NCBI GenBank assembly: GCA_902464275.1
Contig: CABQIK010000002.1
Coordinates: 14-64,013, forward strand
From: an uncultured Alphaproteobacteria bacterium
GTDB taxonomy: Bacteria; Pseudomonadota; Alphaproteobacteria; RF32; CAG-239
Length of the DNA: 64,000 nucleotides
Direction: 5' to 3'
The notes beneath the pieces were generated by a model that did not search any database, was not told the origin of the DNA, and saw only the letters and a list, made by a program, of their open reading frames with translations. The position numbers were made by a program, and so were the translations under genes. How positions within the stretch are numbered: the stretch's first letter is position 1; each line of letters opens with the position of its first letter. Positions 9,341 through 18,558 of the stretch are shown in pieces.

Positions 9341-9362
9341 CTGCCGTACAGGCAGTTTTTTT
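9341..9362. terminator. rho-independent terminator (ctgccgtacaggcag + T7), bidirectional with rlmH
   Basis: 5-bp GC stem, 5-nt loop, then a T-run. Confidence 0.5.
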
Positions 9363-9367
9363 GTGGC

Positions 9368-9808
9368 TTATTCACGGTGATAAGGATGGCCGCTGATAAT
9401 GGTTTGCATACGATATATCTGTTCGGTTAAAACCGCGCGCATTAACATGTGAGGCAAAGTCAGTTTACCGAATGAAAGCACCATATCGGCACGCTTGCGG
9501 GTTGTTTCAAGATGTCCGTCGGCGCCGCCGATTAAAAAGCAAATATCGGAACAACCAGCCGACATCCAGTTTTCAACCTTGCGGGCAAGCTCCGTGCTTT
9601 TAATATTTTCGCCGCGTTCATCTAACACCACTGCTTTAGCCCCGTGCGGAATTGAAGATGTTAAAAACTCCGCCTCATCCGCTTGGTTGGAATTGTCTTT
9701 TTCTTTAATGATAATATCCCATGAAGAGCGTTTAACGTATTCGGCAATCAGCATAGCTTCAGGCGAATTTTTTTTGCATTTTCCGATGGCTAAAATATGA
9801 ACTTTCAT
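9368..9808 (-). CDS. rlmH: 23S rRNA (pseudouridine1915-N3)-methyltransferase RlmH
   Basis: SPOUT family of ~146 aa ending in the GHPYHRE motif. Confidence 0.85.
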   Translation of the reverse strand: MKVHILAIGKCKKNSPEAMLIAEYVKRSSWDIIIKEKDNSNQADEAEFLTSSIPHGAKAVVLDERGENIKSTELARKVENWMSAGCSDICFLIGGADGHLETTRKRADMVLSFGKLTLPHMLMRAVLTEQIYRMQTIISGHPYHRE

Positions 9809-9942
9809 CTGTTTCTCCCTTAAAAACGCTTTAATGTAACATTTTTGTTTTGCTCTGACAAGCGCTTAATTCAGATATTGCAATACCGCGGGTTTTATGT
9901 TATGATAATAACAGTTGATGCAAAGTACCAAACGAGATTGCC

Positions 9943-11367
9943 ATGTCTAAAGAATCTTTGAAAAAATTTTTACGAGCCAAAAGCACATCCTTATCGGTGG
10001 TTTTGGTTATGGCAACCGCGGCCAATGCCTCTGCTCAAGTTTCAAAAGAGCAAAAGCAAGAAATAAAAAACAATATAGAATCTTTTATAAAGGGCGAAAA
10101 GAAAGAAGTTGTTATTCCGATTGATGAAAACCGGCGCTTTATGTATTTGCAAGGCGGCAAAGGCAACAACGAATGCTACGTGATTGCCGATGATAAAACG
10201 CTCGGAAGCAACGGCGTTATCTCGTATGATGAACGAAGCACCAAAGAAGCCCAAAAAGAATATAAAGATTTTCAGAAAGAAGCTTTTAAAAACGCCCCCG
10301 AAAATGAAACAAAAATCATTACTCCCCAAGATTTTATTGATGATTATAACCAAAACAACGGGCATATCACGGCGGGAGCTTATTCTGCCGACAATAAAAA
10401 CATTACCGAGATTGTTTATACCGGAACGGCGGAAGAAATTGAAAACGCCGTTAAAAATTTGAACACCAATACGGACAATTCATTATCCGCGCAACAAATT
10501 GCCGAAAAGTACCAAACCAAACTGGTTAACAAAGCCCCGCGCGAGGTTGCCGCCGTTGCGGCGCATGAAAATCAGCACCTTATAAATGACAAAAACAATA
10601 CTTATGCTCCCGGATTAAACGCCGCCGAATACGGAAAATTAAATTGTTGGGACGAATGTTCCGCTAATATGGCCAGTCTGATTTTGGCCAATCATAACTA
10701 TAAAAACGCGTTAGAATCCGGAATGCCGCAAGAAGAAGCTTTAAAAGAATTTGACGTTTGCGGCAAAAGATATGATTTTTATAAAGATGCCGTTGCCAAC
10801 GGGCTTAATCCGGACAGCAAAGAAGCTAAAAAATTGATGGCGCAAGGCACCGTTAAAATGTGGCAGGAAAATCATCAGCAGAATTATGAACAGCAAATTG
10901 CGCAACACATCAACAGCGCTAAAGATACAAATACCGCCGGTTTAATTATCGGCAATGAAAAAGATTACAGAGCACGCGTTAACAAAATGTTTGATTCTTT
11001 TGACGATAACCCCAAGTTAAAAGAGCTGGGGATTAAGGCCGGAAAATTTTCAGAGTATATTCAGGATACGGAAATTCAGCTTTCAGAAAAAAGTATGCAA
11101 ACGGCCAATGAGGTTACCAAGGCCAATACCGGATTCAGCTTGGAAGAAGGCAAACAAATCAGCGACGCGTTACCCGGCAGTCAGAAAAAAGGCCAAAAGA
11201 CAGTTGCCAAAATTTTATCTGACCCTAACAAACTGCTCTCGCTCAGCGGACGAATTGATAACGCGGCTAAAACACAGGCGCAGAGCGAAAGCGCTGATTT
11301 AACTAAAACGCAACAAGCCAATAATTTTACGGGCGGCTTATTTAAGCGGCAACAAAACAACCGATAA
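9943..11367 (+). CDS. secreted K/E/N-rich protein with an HExxH zinc-binding motif (putative metalloprotease-like, possible effector)
   Basis: Signal peptide ...VLVMATAANASAQVS. AAHENQHL gives HENQH. Low-complexity charged sequence. Confidence 0.45.
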   Translation: MSKESLKKFLRAKSTSLSVVLVMATAANASAQVSKEQKQEIKNNIESFIKGEKKEVVIPIDENRRFMYLQGGKGNNECYVIADDKTLGSNGVISYDERSTKEAQKEYKDFQKEAFKNAPENETKIITPQDFIDDYNQNNGHITAGAYSADNKNITEIVYTGTAEEIENAVKNLNTNTDNSLSAQQIAEKYQTKLVNKAPREVAAVAAHENQHLINDKNNTYAPGLNAAEYGKLNCWDECSANMASLILANHNYKNALESGMPQEEALKEFDVCGKRYDFYKDAVANGLNPDSKEAKKLMAQGTVKMWQENHQQNYEQQIAQHINSAKDTNTAGLIIGNEKDYRARVNKMFDSFDDNPKLKELGIKAGKFSEYIQDTEIQLSEKSMQTANEVTKANTGFSLEEGKQISDALPGSQKKGQKTVAKILSDPNKLLSLSGRIDNAAKTQAQSESADLTKTQQANNFTGGLFKRQQNNR

Positions 11368-11660
11368 ATTTTTCTTCAAACACTTGTTACCATGCAGCCA
11401 TGGAGTGAACACATAGGTTCATGGTATGTAATGCGGACGGGTGATGGTATGCAGGATAATTACGTCGGCTATCCTAAAAAACTAAACACCGTAAGCATAA
11501 ATGACTTTCAGTATGTATGTTCAAAGTCATGCAATGCGGATTATGACTATTGCACCATAAATTTCTGGTTTTATTTTAATAAAATTGATTAGATTAAAAA
11601 AGAAAAAAGAGGAGTTCTTTTATGAAACATCCTCTTTTTACTTTGCATCAAGCCGCCGGT

Positions 11661-12230
11661 TTATACCAAACCACAGTGGCGGCGGATAACGTTAATTCTT
11701 TCAGACCCCTTTGGCGAGAAGTAGTCGGCAAGGTCAGTGAATTTCACATTGCCCAGGTACCTCAATGGGTAATACTTCTCTTTCGGGTTGTGGAGAACTT
11801 TGCCGGTAACCTCTTCCAGATGATCAACCAGATCAATCACGAACGGTCTGTCAAGCAAGGTGCTCTCTATACCGGAAGTACGCAACTCTGAAACTTTGGC
11901 GCCGGAAGCCTGAGAGAAGTAGTCCAGAATATCGTCCGGCTGATAGTCGCCGGCGAGGTCAAACAACCACTGGCGAATCGTAGGACGCGGAAACAGCAGT
12001 CTTCTGGTTTGTTCCAACTTGTACCGACGACCGATAACATCTTTGAAATGGGCGACAAGCTCAGGATTCAGAAGCGTCAGCGGCGTGTCTAAAACCGCTA
12101 AACGGTACTGTTCAACATTGCCTTCAGAGAATAAGCGCTCATACATATCCTTAAAGGCTCCATCCTTCATCCGCAGTTTTCTGCAGATATAGCTCTCAGA
12201 GAGAACTACATTCATTTCTTGTTTATTCAT
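11661..12230 (-). CDS. hypothetical protein (compositionally slightly GC-richer than neighbours)
   Basis: 189-aa ORF with no RBS. It overlaps an 89-aa plus-strand ORF (11622-11891) that has a strong AGAGGAG RBS, so the coding strand is unresolved. Confidence 0.3.
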   Translation of the reverse strand: MNKQEMNVVLSESYICRKLRMKDGAFKDMYERLFSEGNVEQYRLAVLDTPLTLLNPELVAHFKDVIGRRYKLEQTRRLLFPRPTIRQWLFDLAGDYQPDDILDYFSQASGAKVSELRTSGIESTLLDRPFVIDLVDHLEEVTGKVLHNPKEKYYPLRYLGNVKFTDLADYFSPKGSERINVIRRHCGLV

Positions 12231-12308
12231 AATTAAAAAAAAATTTGGTTTAGGTTATTAACCTAACACAGCCGCGAGCAGTAATCAAGTTATTTTTTTG
12301 ACAAAATG

Positions 12309-13139
12309 TTATAAATTTTGCGCTATGAGCAGATATTGTTCGGGAGTGATATTTTCAGCCCGCGCGGTTAATTCCACCCCGGCAGCGCGGCAGGCATTTT
12401 CAATACCGACAACTGACTTTAAGCTTTGGCGCACCATTTTTCGGCGCTGCCCGAAAGCGGCGGCAGTCAGCGTTTCAACCTTATTTAGCAATTCAGCCGA
12501 TGGAATTGCGGCAAGCGGACGAAACAACAGCACGCTTGACCAAATTTTGGGCGCCGGAACAAAGCATTCCGGATTTAAATCAAGCAACTTGCTGATACGG
12601 CAAATAAGCTGCGCCAAAACGGAAATGCGACCATAACTTTTGGTGCCGGTATCTGCCATAATCCGCTCCGCAACTTCTTTTTGAAACATTAAAGTTAAGG
12701 CTTCATAAGCCCGCATATTTTTAAGCCATCCGGTCAATAACGGCACGGAAATATTATACGGCAAATTGCTGATAACCTGCCGCGGCGCCTGCTCCATAGC
12801 GGCAAAGTTTAAGGTTAAGGCATCGGCGTTTATAATTTCAAGCGGAACTTTAAGCGAATCGCGCAAGTCTTCCATAATTTTAATACAGCGCTCGTCCATT
12901 TCCACCACGGTTAATTTTAAGGGGTTATTGCTCAAAATTGCGCGGGTTAACCCTCCCGGGCCGGGACCGACTTCAAACACATAGCGGGAGCTAAAATCTT
13001 TTAAGCCCTGTTTTTCAAGCGAAAGGCGGATAATTTTATCGGTAATGTTGGCATTAAGCAAAAAATTTTGTCCTAATGATTTTTTAGCCATTAAGCCGTA
13101 CTGCTCAACCGTTTCCTTTAATGAAAGCGCAAATTCCAT
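12309..13139 (-). CDS. rsmA: 16S rRNA (adenine1518/1519-N6)-dimethyltransferase RsmA/KsgA
   Basis: LGQNFLLNANI and VFEVGPGPGGLTRAIL SAM-binding motifs. Confidence 0.9.
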   Translation of the reverse strand: MEFALSLKETVEQYGLMAKKSLGQNFLLNANITDKIIRLSLEKQGLKDFSSRYVFEVGPGPGGLTRAILSNNPLKLTVVEMDERCIKIMEDLRDSLKVPLEIINADALTLNFAAMEQAPRQVISNLPYNISVPLLTGWLKNMRAYEALTLMFQKEVAERIMADTGTKSYGRISVLAQLICRISKLLDLNPECFVPAPKIWSSVLLFRPLAAIPSAELLNKVETLTAAAFGQRRKMVRQSLKSVVGIENACRAAGVELTARAENITPEQYLLIAQNL

Positions 13140-13157
13140 AACCGTCTCGCTTTTAGT

Positions 13158-14303
13158 TTAATCTTTGCGGTTAATAATAGCGCGGTTGCGCAAATCACGC
13201 AGATATTTAGTGGCAACTTCATCAGTCTTTTTATTTTCAAGCATGGCTTTTACTTCTGCTTCAGTTACCTCCGGCACTTTGTCAATCCCGGGGCGATAAA
13301 CTTTTTCAAGGCGCAAGATATAATAATCTGTACCAAGTAAAATCGGGGCTGAAATATTACCCTCTTTCATTTTTAACAGCGCTTTTTCCAAGGGTTCCGC
13401 CAACTGCCCTTTGTTAACCCAACCAAGTCTGCCGCCGTTCGGAGCGCTCGGGCTTTGCGAAAACTGCATAGCATACAGCTCAAACCGCGGGTCATGGCGC
13501 AAGTTTTCAACCAAATCAGAAATATGCGCCGCCTGCTTTTGCGGAATAACAATTTCAGAGACCATAAACTTTTGGATTTTTATGTCTTTGGCAACCGCTT
13601 CCATGGCGCTGTTAATTTCAGAATGCGAAATATTAACTTCTTGCGCCGCTTTACGCTGAACCAAGCGCGTCCATGCCATTTCTGCCTTCATCTGCGAGCG
13701 GAAAACACTCTCTTTAACCTCAGCCTGAGCCAACATTGCTTTAAGTTTGGCAACTGAAACGTTGTTGGCTTTGGCAAAATTTTCCATGCCTTTATCCAAA
13801 TCGGCTTCCGTAATTTTAACGCCGTTTTTTTCCGCCTCTTGCAGTTTAATTTTTTCATCCACCGCCGACTGCAGTACTTTGCCGATTATCATATCTTTGG
13901 TTTGATTATTAACCGGAATTTGCGTGGTGGCAACAAAGGCATTTACCCTATCCTGCATATCGCGACTGGTAATAATTTCGCCATTGACTTCCGCAAAAAT
14001 TTTTAAGCCGTTGCCAAACAAATTAACCGGTCGCAAGGCTTTGCGGCGTTCTTCTTCCATTTGGCGCATTTGCTCCTCGCGGCGAGCCTCTTCCTCTTGG
14101 CGCATGTGCTCTTCATAAGCTTGTCGGCGTCTGATTTCTTCTTCACGGCGCGCCATAGCCTCTTGCGGATTTTGCGCCCTGAACATCACCGACGAGCCCT
14201 GCGCGCTGCGCGCCGCCGCGTCCATAGCCTCAATATCCGCCTGCTCTGCCATAGCGTTAAAGCTAAATAAAACCGCCGCCGAAACAATTAGCAATCGCAA
14301 CAT
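13158..14303 (-). CDS. surA: SurA-like periplasmic chaperone/peptidyl-prolyl isomerase (parvulin domain) with an E/R-rich coiled-coil insert
   Basis: Parvulin-like C-terminal half and a SurA_N-like segment. Start at MLRLLIVSAAVLFSFNAMA with a perfect AAGGAG SD. Sits in the lptD-surA-rsmA neighbourhood. Confidence 0.75.
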   Translation of the reverse strand: MLRLLIVSAAVLFSFNAMAEQADIEAMDAAARSAQGSSVMFRAQNPQEAMARREEEIRRRQAYEEHMRQEEEARREEQMRQMEEERRKALRPVNLFGNGLKIFAEVNGEIITSRDMQDRVNAFVATTQIPVNNQTKDMIIGKVLQSAVDEKIKLQEAEKNGVKITEADLDKGMENFAKANNVSVAKLKAMLAQAEVKESVFRSQMKAEMAWTRLVQRKAAQEVNISHSEINSAMEAVAKDIKIQKFMVSEIVIPQKQAAHISDLVENLRHDPRFELYAMQFSQSPSAPNGGRLGWVNKGQLAEPLEKALLKMKEGNISAPILLGTDYYILRLEKVYRPGIDKVPEVTEAEVKAMLENKKTDEVATKYLRDLRNRAIINRKD

Positions 14304-14319
14304 AAATTTTCTCCTTATA

Positions 14320-16599
14320 CTAGGCGCCCAAGCCGCCCAAAGTTTTAAGATAAAAAGTAAAATTAAATTCATAACCGTCATCTAATTCAGGGTTGTTTGA
14401 ATTAGAGCGTTTAACCGTGGTTATAAACATAAAGCACTCGTCCTCATAAATCAAGTTGCCGCCATGTTCCAACGAACCGCGGCGACTGTCAGCTAAATCT
14501 TGACGATTGTATACGCTCACCGACCAGTCACGCGTTAAAGCCGCCTTTACGGAAGTATACAGTTCTTTACGTTCTTTAAAGTACTCTGATGAATTTTGAT
14601 TTTCCTGCAGGTAAATATATGAGGCGTATAAGCTCAGCATACTGTTGCCGAGCCGCGCACCCAACTCGCTGTACTGAATTTTTAGGTCGTCTTTATCTAG
14701 GCGGAAACGATAGTCCAAGTCTAAATATTGCGACGGCGCGGCATAAATGCGTCCGACATAATCGGTAAAATGCCCCTCGTTATCAATATTGCCTGTAAAA
14801 CTGCTATGATCACTGAACTGATAGCTTTGCGCAATAAAGGCGGAGGTGCGCCCCATAATATTTCCGTACGAGCTCCAGTTAAAACCGTAACTGACGCGGC
14901 TGCCGGTATCGTTGCGGTCATAACCGGAATAACGGTCTAAACTTAAAATGTTGGTATCGTCAAGCTCAACGTCTTCACTGTCTTCATTAGGAATTTTATC
15001 GGGCATATTACCGCCATTAGGCGCCAACACACCAACAACAATCGGCTCTAAAATTTGGCGGGTGTTTTCAGTTGCCTTTACAAACGGAAGCCGCCACTCA
15101 ACCCCGACCTGCGGGAATGTGCGGATTACTTCGCCGCTATAGGCATTATCACGGCTTGCAGCCTGATATTTATCAACATAGTACAAATCTGATTTTAACG
15201 ATGCCTGAATCTTATAGCGCTCGCCGAAAGAGCTTGTCCACGGCAGCACCCACGCGTTAATCATAGATAAGCGCTGAGTTTGAGTATCTTCTTCATGATA
15301 AACTGAAGCCATGCTAAAATTATTTTTCCAGTATGCTCCCAACGAGTTTACATCACTGATATTTTCATAATCGGCAACCGGAGCCACAAACGGGCGATTA
15401 TACTTGCGGCGCTCATACTCATCATTATTGCTGCGACGCAAATCATAACTGATTAACTTGTAATAATAAGCTTCAATCGCGGCGTAATCACGATTGTTAA
15501 AATATTGCAAGCGAGCATTAGACATTAACCACGCGTCATCATCGTGCTCCAAATCAAGCTCTTTTAAATAAAGCGTATCTGACGTGTAATTCAAGTTAGT
15601 ATCGGCAACCCAATAATCATTAATTTCGTAGCGACCATAAGCAAATAGGTTGCCGCGGTTTTCAGGACGCGCATCATTATTATCGCGCAAATAACTGCCC
15701 GACATATCAACGTAACCTTTATTAAAATATTGCCGGTATTGACCGCCCCAAACCACATCTTTATCGGTGGTAAAAATCGGGGAAAACAAAACATCGGTAT
15801 GCGGATTGATGTCCCAAAAATAATTTACCTGCAAAGTTCCGCCCAAATAATTGCTACTGCCGATGTTAGGTACTAAAAAACCGGAACGCCGCTTTACCGT
15901 AGGGTCAGGATGTGAAAAGAACGGAGTGTAAAATACCGGAACGCCCTTAAACTCAAGCAACGCATCATTATAGTTAATATCTTTAGACTCGGCATCATGG
16001 GTAACTTTGCGAGCCTTAATCTGCCAAAGCGGATTTTCAGAACCCTCACAAAAATCACACGGCGTATACACGGCTTTGCGCATTACCTTATTATTATTTT
16101 CTTTTTTATGAAAGTGCTCTGCCCATAATTTACTCTCGTCTTGCAAAACGGCTTTAATTTTGTTCATTTCGGCGCGAGTCATTTTGTTGGAAAGCTCAAC
16201 ATTATCGGCATAAACCACATTGCCGTTTTGCTCTTCAAGCCGAACATTACCCACCGCTTGCAGGCTGTCGGTTGACTGCCGGTAAATAAGCTTGTCGGCA
16301 TAAAGAGTTAAGCCCTCGCGCTTGACCACCACATCGCCGATAGCCTGCACCACTTTGTTTTTGTCATCATTAATCAGTTCATCGGCGTTAAAATAAATAT
16401 TGGGCTCTTCATCAGATTTTTGCGGAGCCAAATCAGTCAAATTTAACGGTTCGGTTTTAACAAACGGTTTAACGCTTGCTTTTTTAAGAACTTCGCCTGC
16501 TACCGGCGTTTTTTCGTCATTATCGGCAACGGAAGCAGCCGCGTTAAACGCGGCGCAACATAAACAGAGCAAAAATATTTTTTTAACAGAACTTTTCAT
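14320..16599 (-). CDS. lptD: LPS-assembly outer-membrane protein LptD
   Basis: 759 aa with a signal peptide and an OstA-like N-terminus followed by a large beta-barrel. Conserved position upstream of surA. Confidence 0.85.
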   Translation of the reverse strand: MKSSVKKIFLLCLCCAAFNAAASVADNDEKTPVAGEVLKKASVKPFVKTEPLNLTDLAPQKSDEEPNIYFNADELINDDKNKVVQAIGDVVVKREGLTLYADKLIYRQSTDSLQAVGNVRLEEQNGNVVYADNVELSNKMTRAEMNKIKAVLQDESKLWAEHFHKKENNNKVMRKAVYTPCDFCEGSENPLWQIKARKVTHDAESKDINYNDALLEFKGVPVFYTPFFSHPDPTVKRRSGFLVPNIGSSNYLGGTLQVNYFWDINPHTDVLFSPIFTTDKDVVWGGQYRQYFNKGYVDMSGSYLRDNNDARPENRGNLFAYGRYEINDYWVADTNLNYTSDTLYLKELDLEHDDDAWLMSNARLQYFNNRDYAAIEAYYYKLISYDLRRSNNDEYERRKYNRPFVAPVADYENISDVNSLGAYWKNNFSMASVYHEEDTQTQRLSMINAWVLPWTSSFGERYKIQASLKSDLYYVDKYQAASRDNAYSGEVIRTFPQVGVEWRLPFVKATENTRQILEPIVVGVLAPNGGNMPDKIPNEDSEDVELDDTNILSLDRYSGYDRNDTGSRVSYGFNWSSYGNIMGRTSAFIAQSYQFSDHSSFTGNIDNEGHFTDYVGRIYAAPSQYLDLDYRFRLDKDDLKIQYSELGARLGNSMLSLYASYIYLQENQNSSEYFKERKELYTSVKAALTRDWSVSVYNRQDLADSRRGSLEHGGNLIYEDECFMFITTVKRSNSNNPELDDGYEFNFTFYLKTLGGLGA

Positions 16600-17744
16600 T
16601 AAACATCAGCCTCAAATTGTGGTTTGCGTTTACGGGCAAAAGTATACGGCGAATAAAAGAACAGCAAATATAAACACACGGCAAACGGCAACAGACAGTT
16701 AGCATACAATACCGGCACAAAATAAAGCGAGCGCCCGGCCAAGTTGGTCAAAATAAGGTCATTGCCCTGAATTAAAATCATAAACAAAACCGAAAACGAG
16801 ATAATTTTGGTTTGTCCGCGGCGGTTAAAAGCTCCGATTAAAAGCCCCGTGCAGCCAAGCAAAGCAAACAGCAGATTATACCACGGAGTAATAACGCGGC
16901 GATGCCCCTCAACAATATATTTACGCTTTAAGTCATCGGTTAACGAGGAATCTTTATCTGCCGAAAGCAGTTCTTTTAATGATTTTTCACGCACTGACGC
17001 CGATCTTAGCTTTTTGTCATCAACCGCGCCCATATCAACCGAATAGCGGTCAAACTTTAATGATGAAAATTGACTGCCGTCACGATTAACTTCTTGCCGC
17101 ATGCCCTTAATTAAAATAATGCGCGGACTGGTGGCGGTGTACACAATGCGCCCGTGCTCCGCCGACAATGTTACGCGGCTTTGCGGGTTGCTTTCATCAT
17201 TTAACAAAATGCCCGACACGGAGCCGTCCGGCTCATGTTTGGAGATAAACACCGTCATGCCGTTTTGCAGAGTGGTAAATTCGCCTTCGCGGAACATTAA
17301 GTGCGAAACGTTGTTTTTAATTTCCCATTCCAAATTACGAAACGTGTTTTCAGCCTCGGGGATGGCGCTGTTTTGCACATAAAAGCCGAACAATGAAAGC
17401 AGCAAGCCCATATAAACCGCAGCCTTGGCATTGTTCCACGGACTGATGCCGGCCGCCTGCATAATTACCAACTCACGGTCAGCCTGCATGCGGTTATAAA
17501 CAAACATTACCGCGGCAAACAAAGCTATCGGCGACAAAATGGAAAACAAGCGCGGCATTAATAAGGAAGTGAGCTCAACAAACAAATAAAGCGGCAGGCC
17601 TTTATTGGTAACCATTTCCACAAACCTTAACGACTGTGTCAGCCACAGCATGGAAAGCAATGAAAATGACACCAGCAAAAAGCCGGTTAAAATTTGCTTT
17701 AAAATGTACAGGTTCAATTTTTTCATAAACGAGAGTATAAACAC
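16599..17744 (-). CDS. lptG: LPS export ABC permease LptG (YjgP/YjgQ family)
   Basis: Six-TM permease with a periplasmic insert, immediately upstream of lptD as in alphaproteobacteria. Confidence 0.75.
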   Translation of the reverse strand: MFILSFMKKLNLYILKQILTGFLLVSFSLLSMLWLTQSLRFVEMVTNKGLPLYLFVELTSLLMPRLFSILSPIALFAAVMFVYNRMQADRELVIMQAAGISPWNNAKAAVYMGLLLSLFGFYVQNSAIPEAENTFRNLEWEIKNNVSHLMFREGEFTTLQNGMTVFISKHEPDGSVSGILLNDESNPQSRVTLSAEHGRIVYTATSPRIILIKGMRQEVNRDGSQFSSLKFDRYSVDMGAVDDKKLRSASVREKSLKELLSADKDSSLTDDLKRKYIVEGHRRVITPWYNLLFALLGCTGLLIGAFNRRGQTKIISFSVLFMILIQGNDLILTNLAGRSLYFVPVLYANCLLPFAVCLYLLFFYSPYTFARKRKPQFEADV

Positions 17745-17833
17745 ATATTTAAAATAAAAAAACTACAATTTTACGATACTTCACAAAAAAATACGGCAAA
17801 ATTGCAGTTTTTTAATGCTTGGAGTTAAAAAAA

Positions 17834-18406
17834 TTATTTTCCGCCTTTGGATACAACCACCATTGCCTCACGCAAAATACGGCCGTTGATTAAATAGCCG
17901 GTTTGCAACTCGGCAATAACGGTGCCGGCAGGTTTGTCGGCGTCTTCAACTTCTTGCACAACACGATGATAGTTAGGGTCAAAAACCGTACCCATGGCGC
18001 GCATCGGCTCAATACCGAATTTGGCAAACACGTGATTTAACTCATTTTGAGTAAGCTCAACCCCCTTTAACAGCGCCGTAAAATCAGCATTACCGTTATC
18101 TTCGGCGGCAGCTAACGCGCGTTGCAAATTATCGGCCACGCCGAGTAAATCTTTGGCAAAGGACGAAACTGCGTACTTGTTGTTTTTTTCAATTTCAGCG
18201 GCGCAGCGCTTTTTAACGTTTTCCGAATCGGCCAAAGCTCGTAAAAAATCTTCTTTCAATTTTTGATTTTCAGCTTTAACAAGAGCAAGTTCATCAGCTT
18301 CTTCAGAACATTTTTCGGCATCAGGTTCGGTTTCAGGGGCATTTTCAAGCTCTTCGGCTAAATCAGCATCTTGATTTTTATCGGTAAATCCGTGTTCTTT
18401 TTTCAT
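17834..18406 (-). CDS. grpE: nucleotide exchange factor GrpE
   Basis: Acidic N-terminus, coiled coil and C-terminal GrpE fold (...FAKFGIEPMRAMGTVFDPNYH..). Confidence 0.85.
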   Translation of the reverse strand: MKKEHGFTDKNQDADLAEELENAPETEPDAEKCSEEADELALVKAENQKLKEDFLRALADSENVKKRCAAEIEKNNKYAVSSFAKDLLGVADNLQRALAAAEDNGNADFTALLKGVELTQNELNHVFAKFGIEPMRAMGTVFDPNYHRVVQEVEDADKPAGTVIAELQTGYLINGRILREAMVVVSKGGK

Positions 18407-18558
18407 TTAATCCTCTTTGAAATAAAAGACATTATTCTTATATAATATGAACTTAGTGACTAAACATTCACAAGTCAAGAGATTAAGTATTTTTTATGTT
18501 GTTCTTTCAAATAAAATGATTATACTAACGGCTATATTATTTATATACGAGAGCGATA

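Noticed and set aside
11661-12230. Horizontally acquired gene based on GC content
   Set aside because: GC is only ~48% versus ~41-45% locally, a shift too small to call without genome-wide statistics. It is noted as ambiguous instead.
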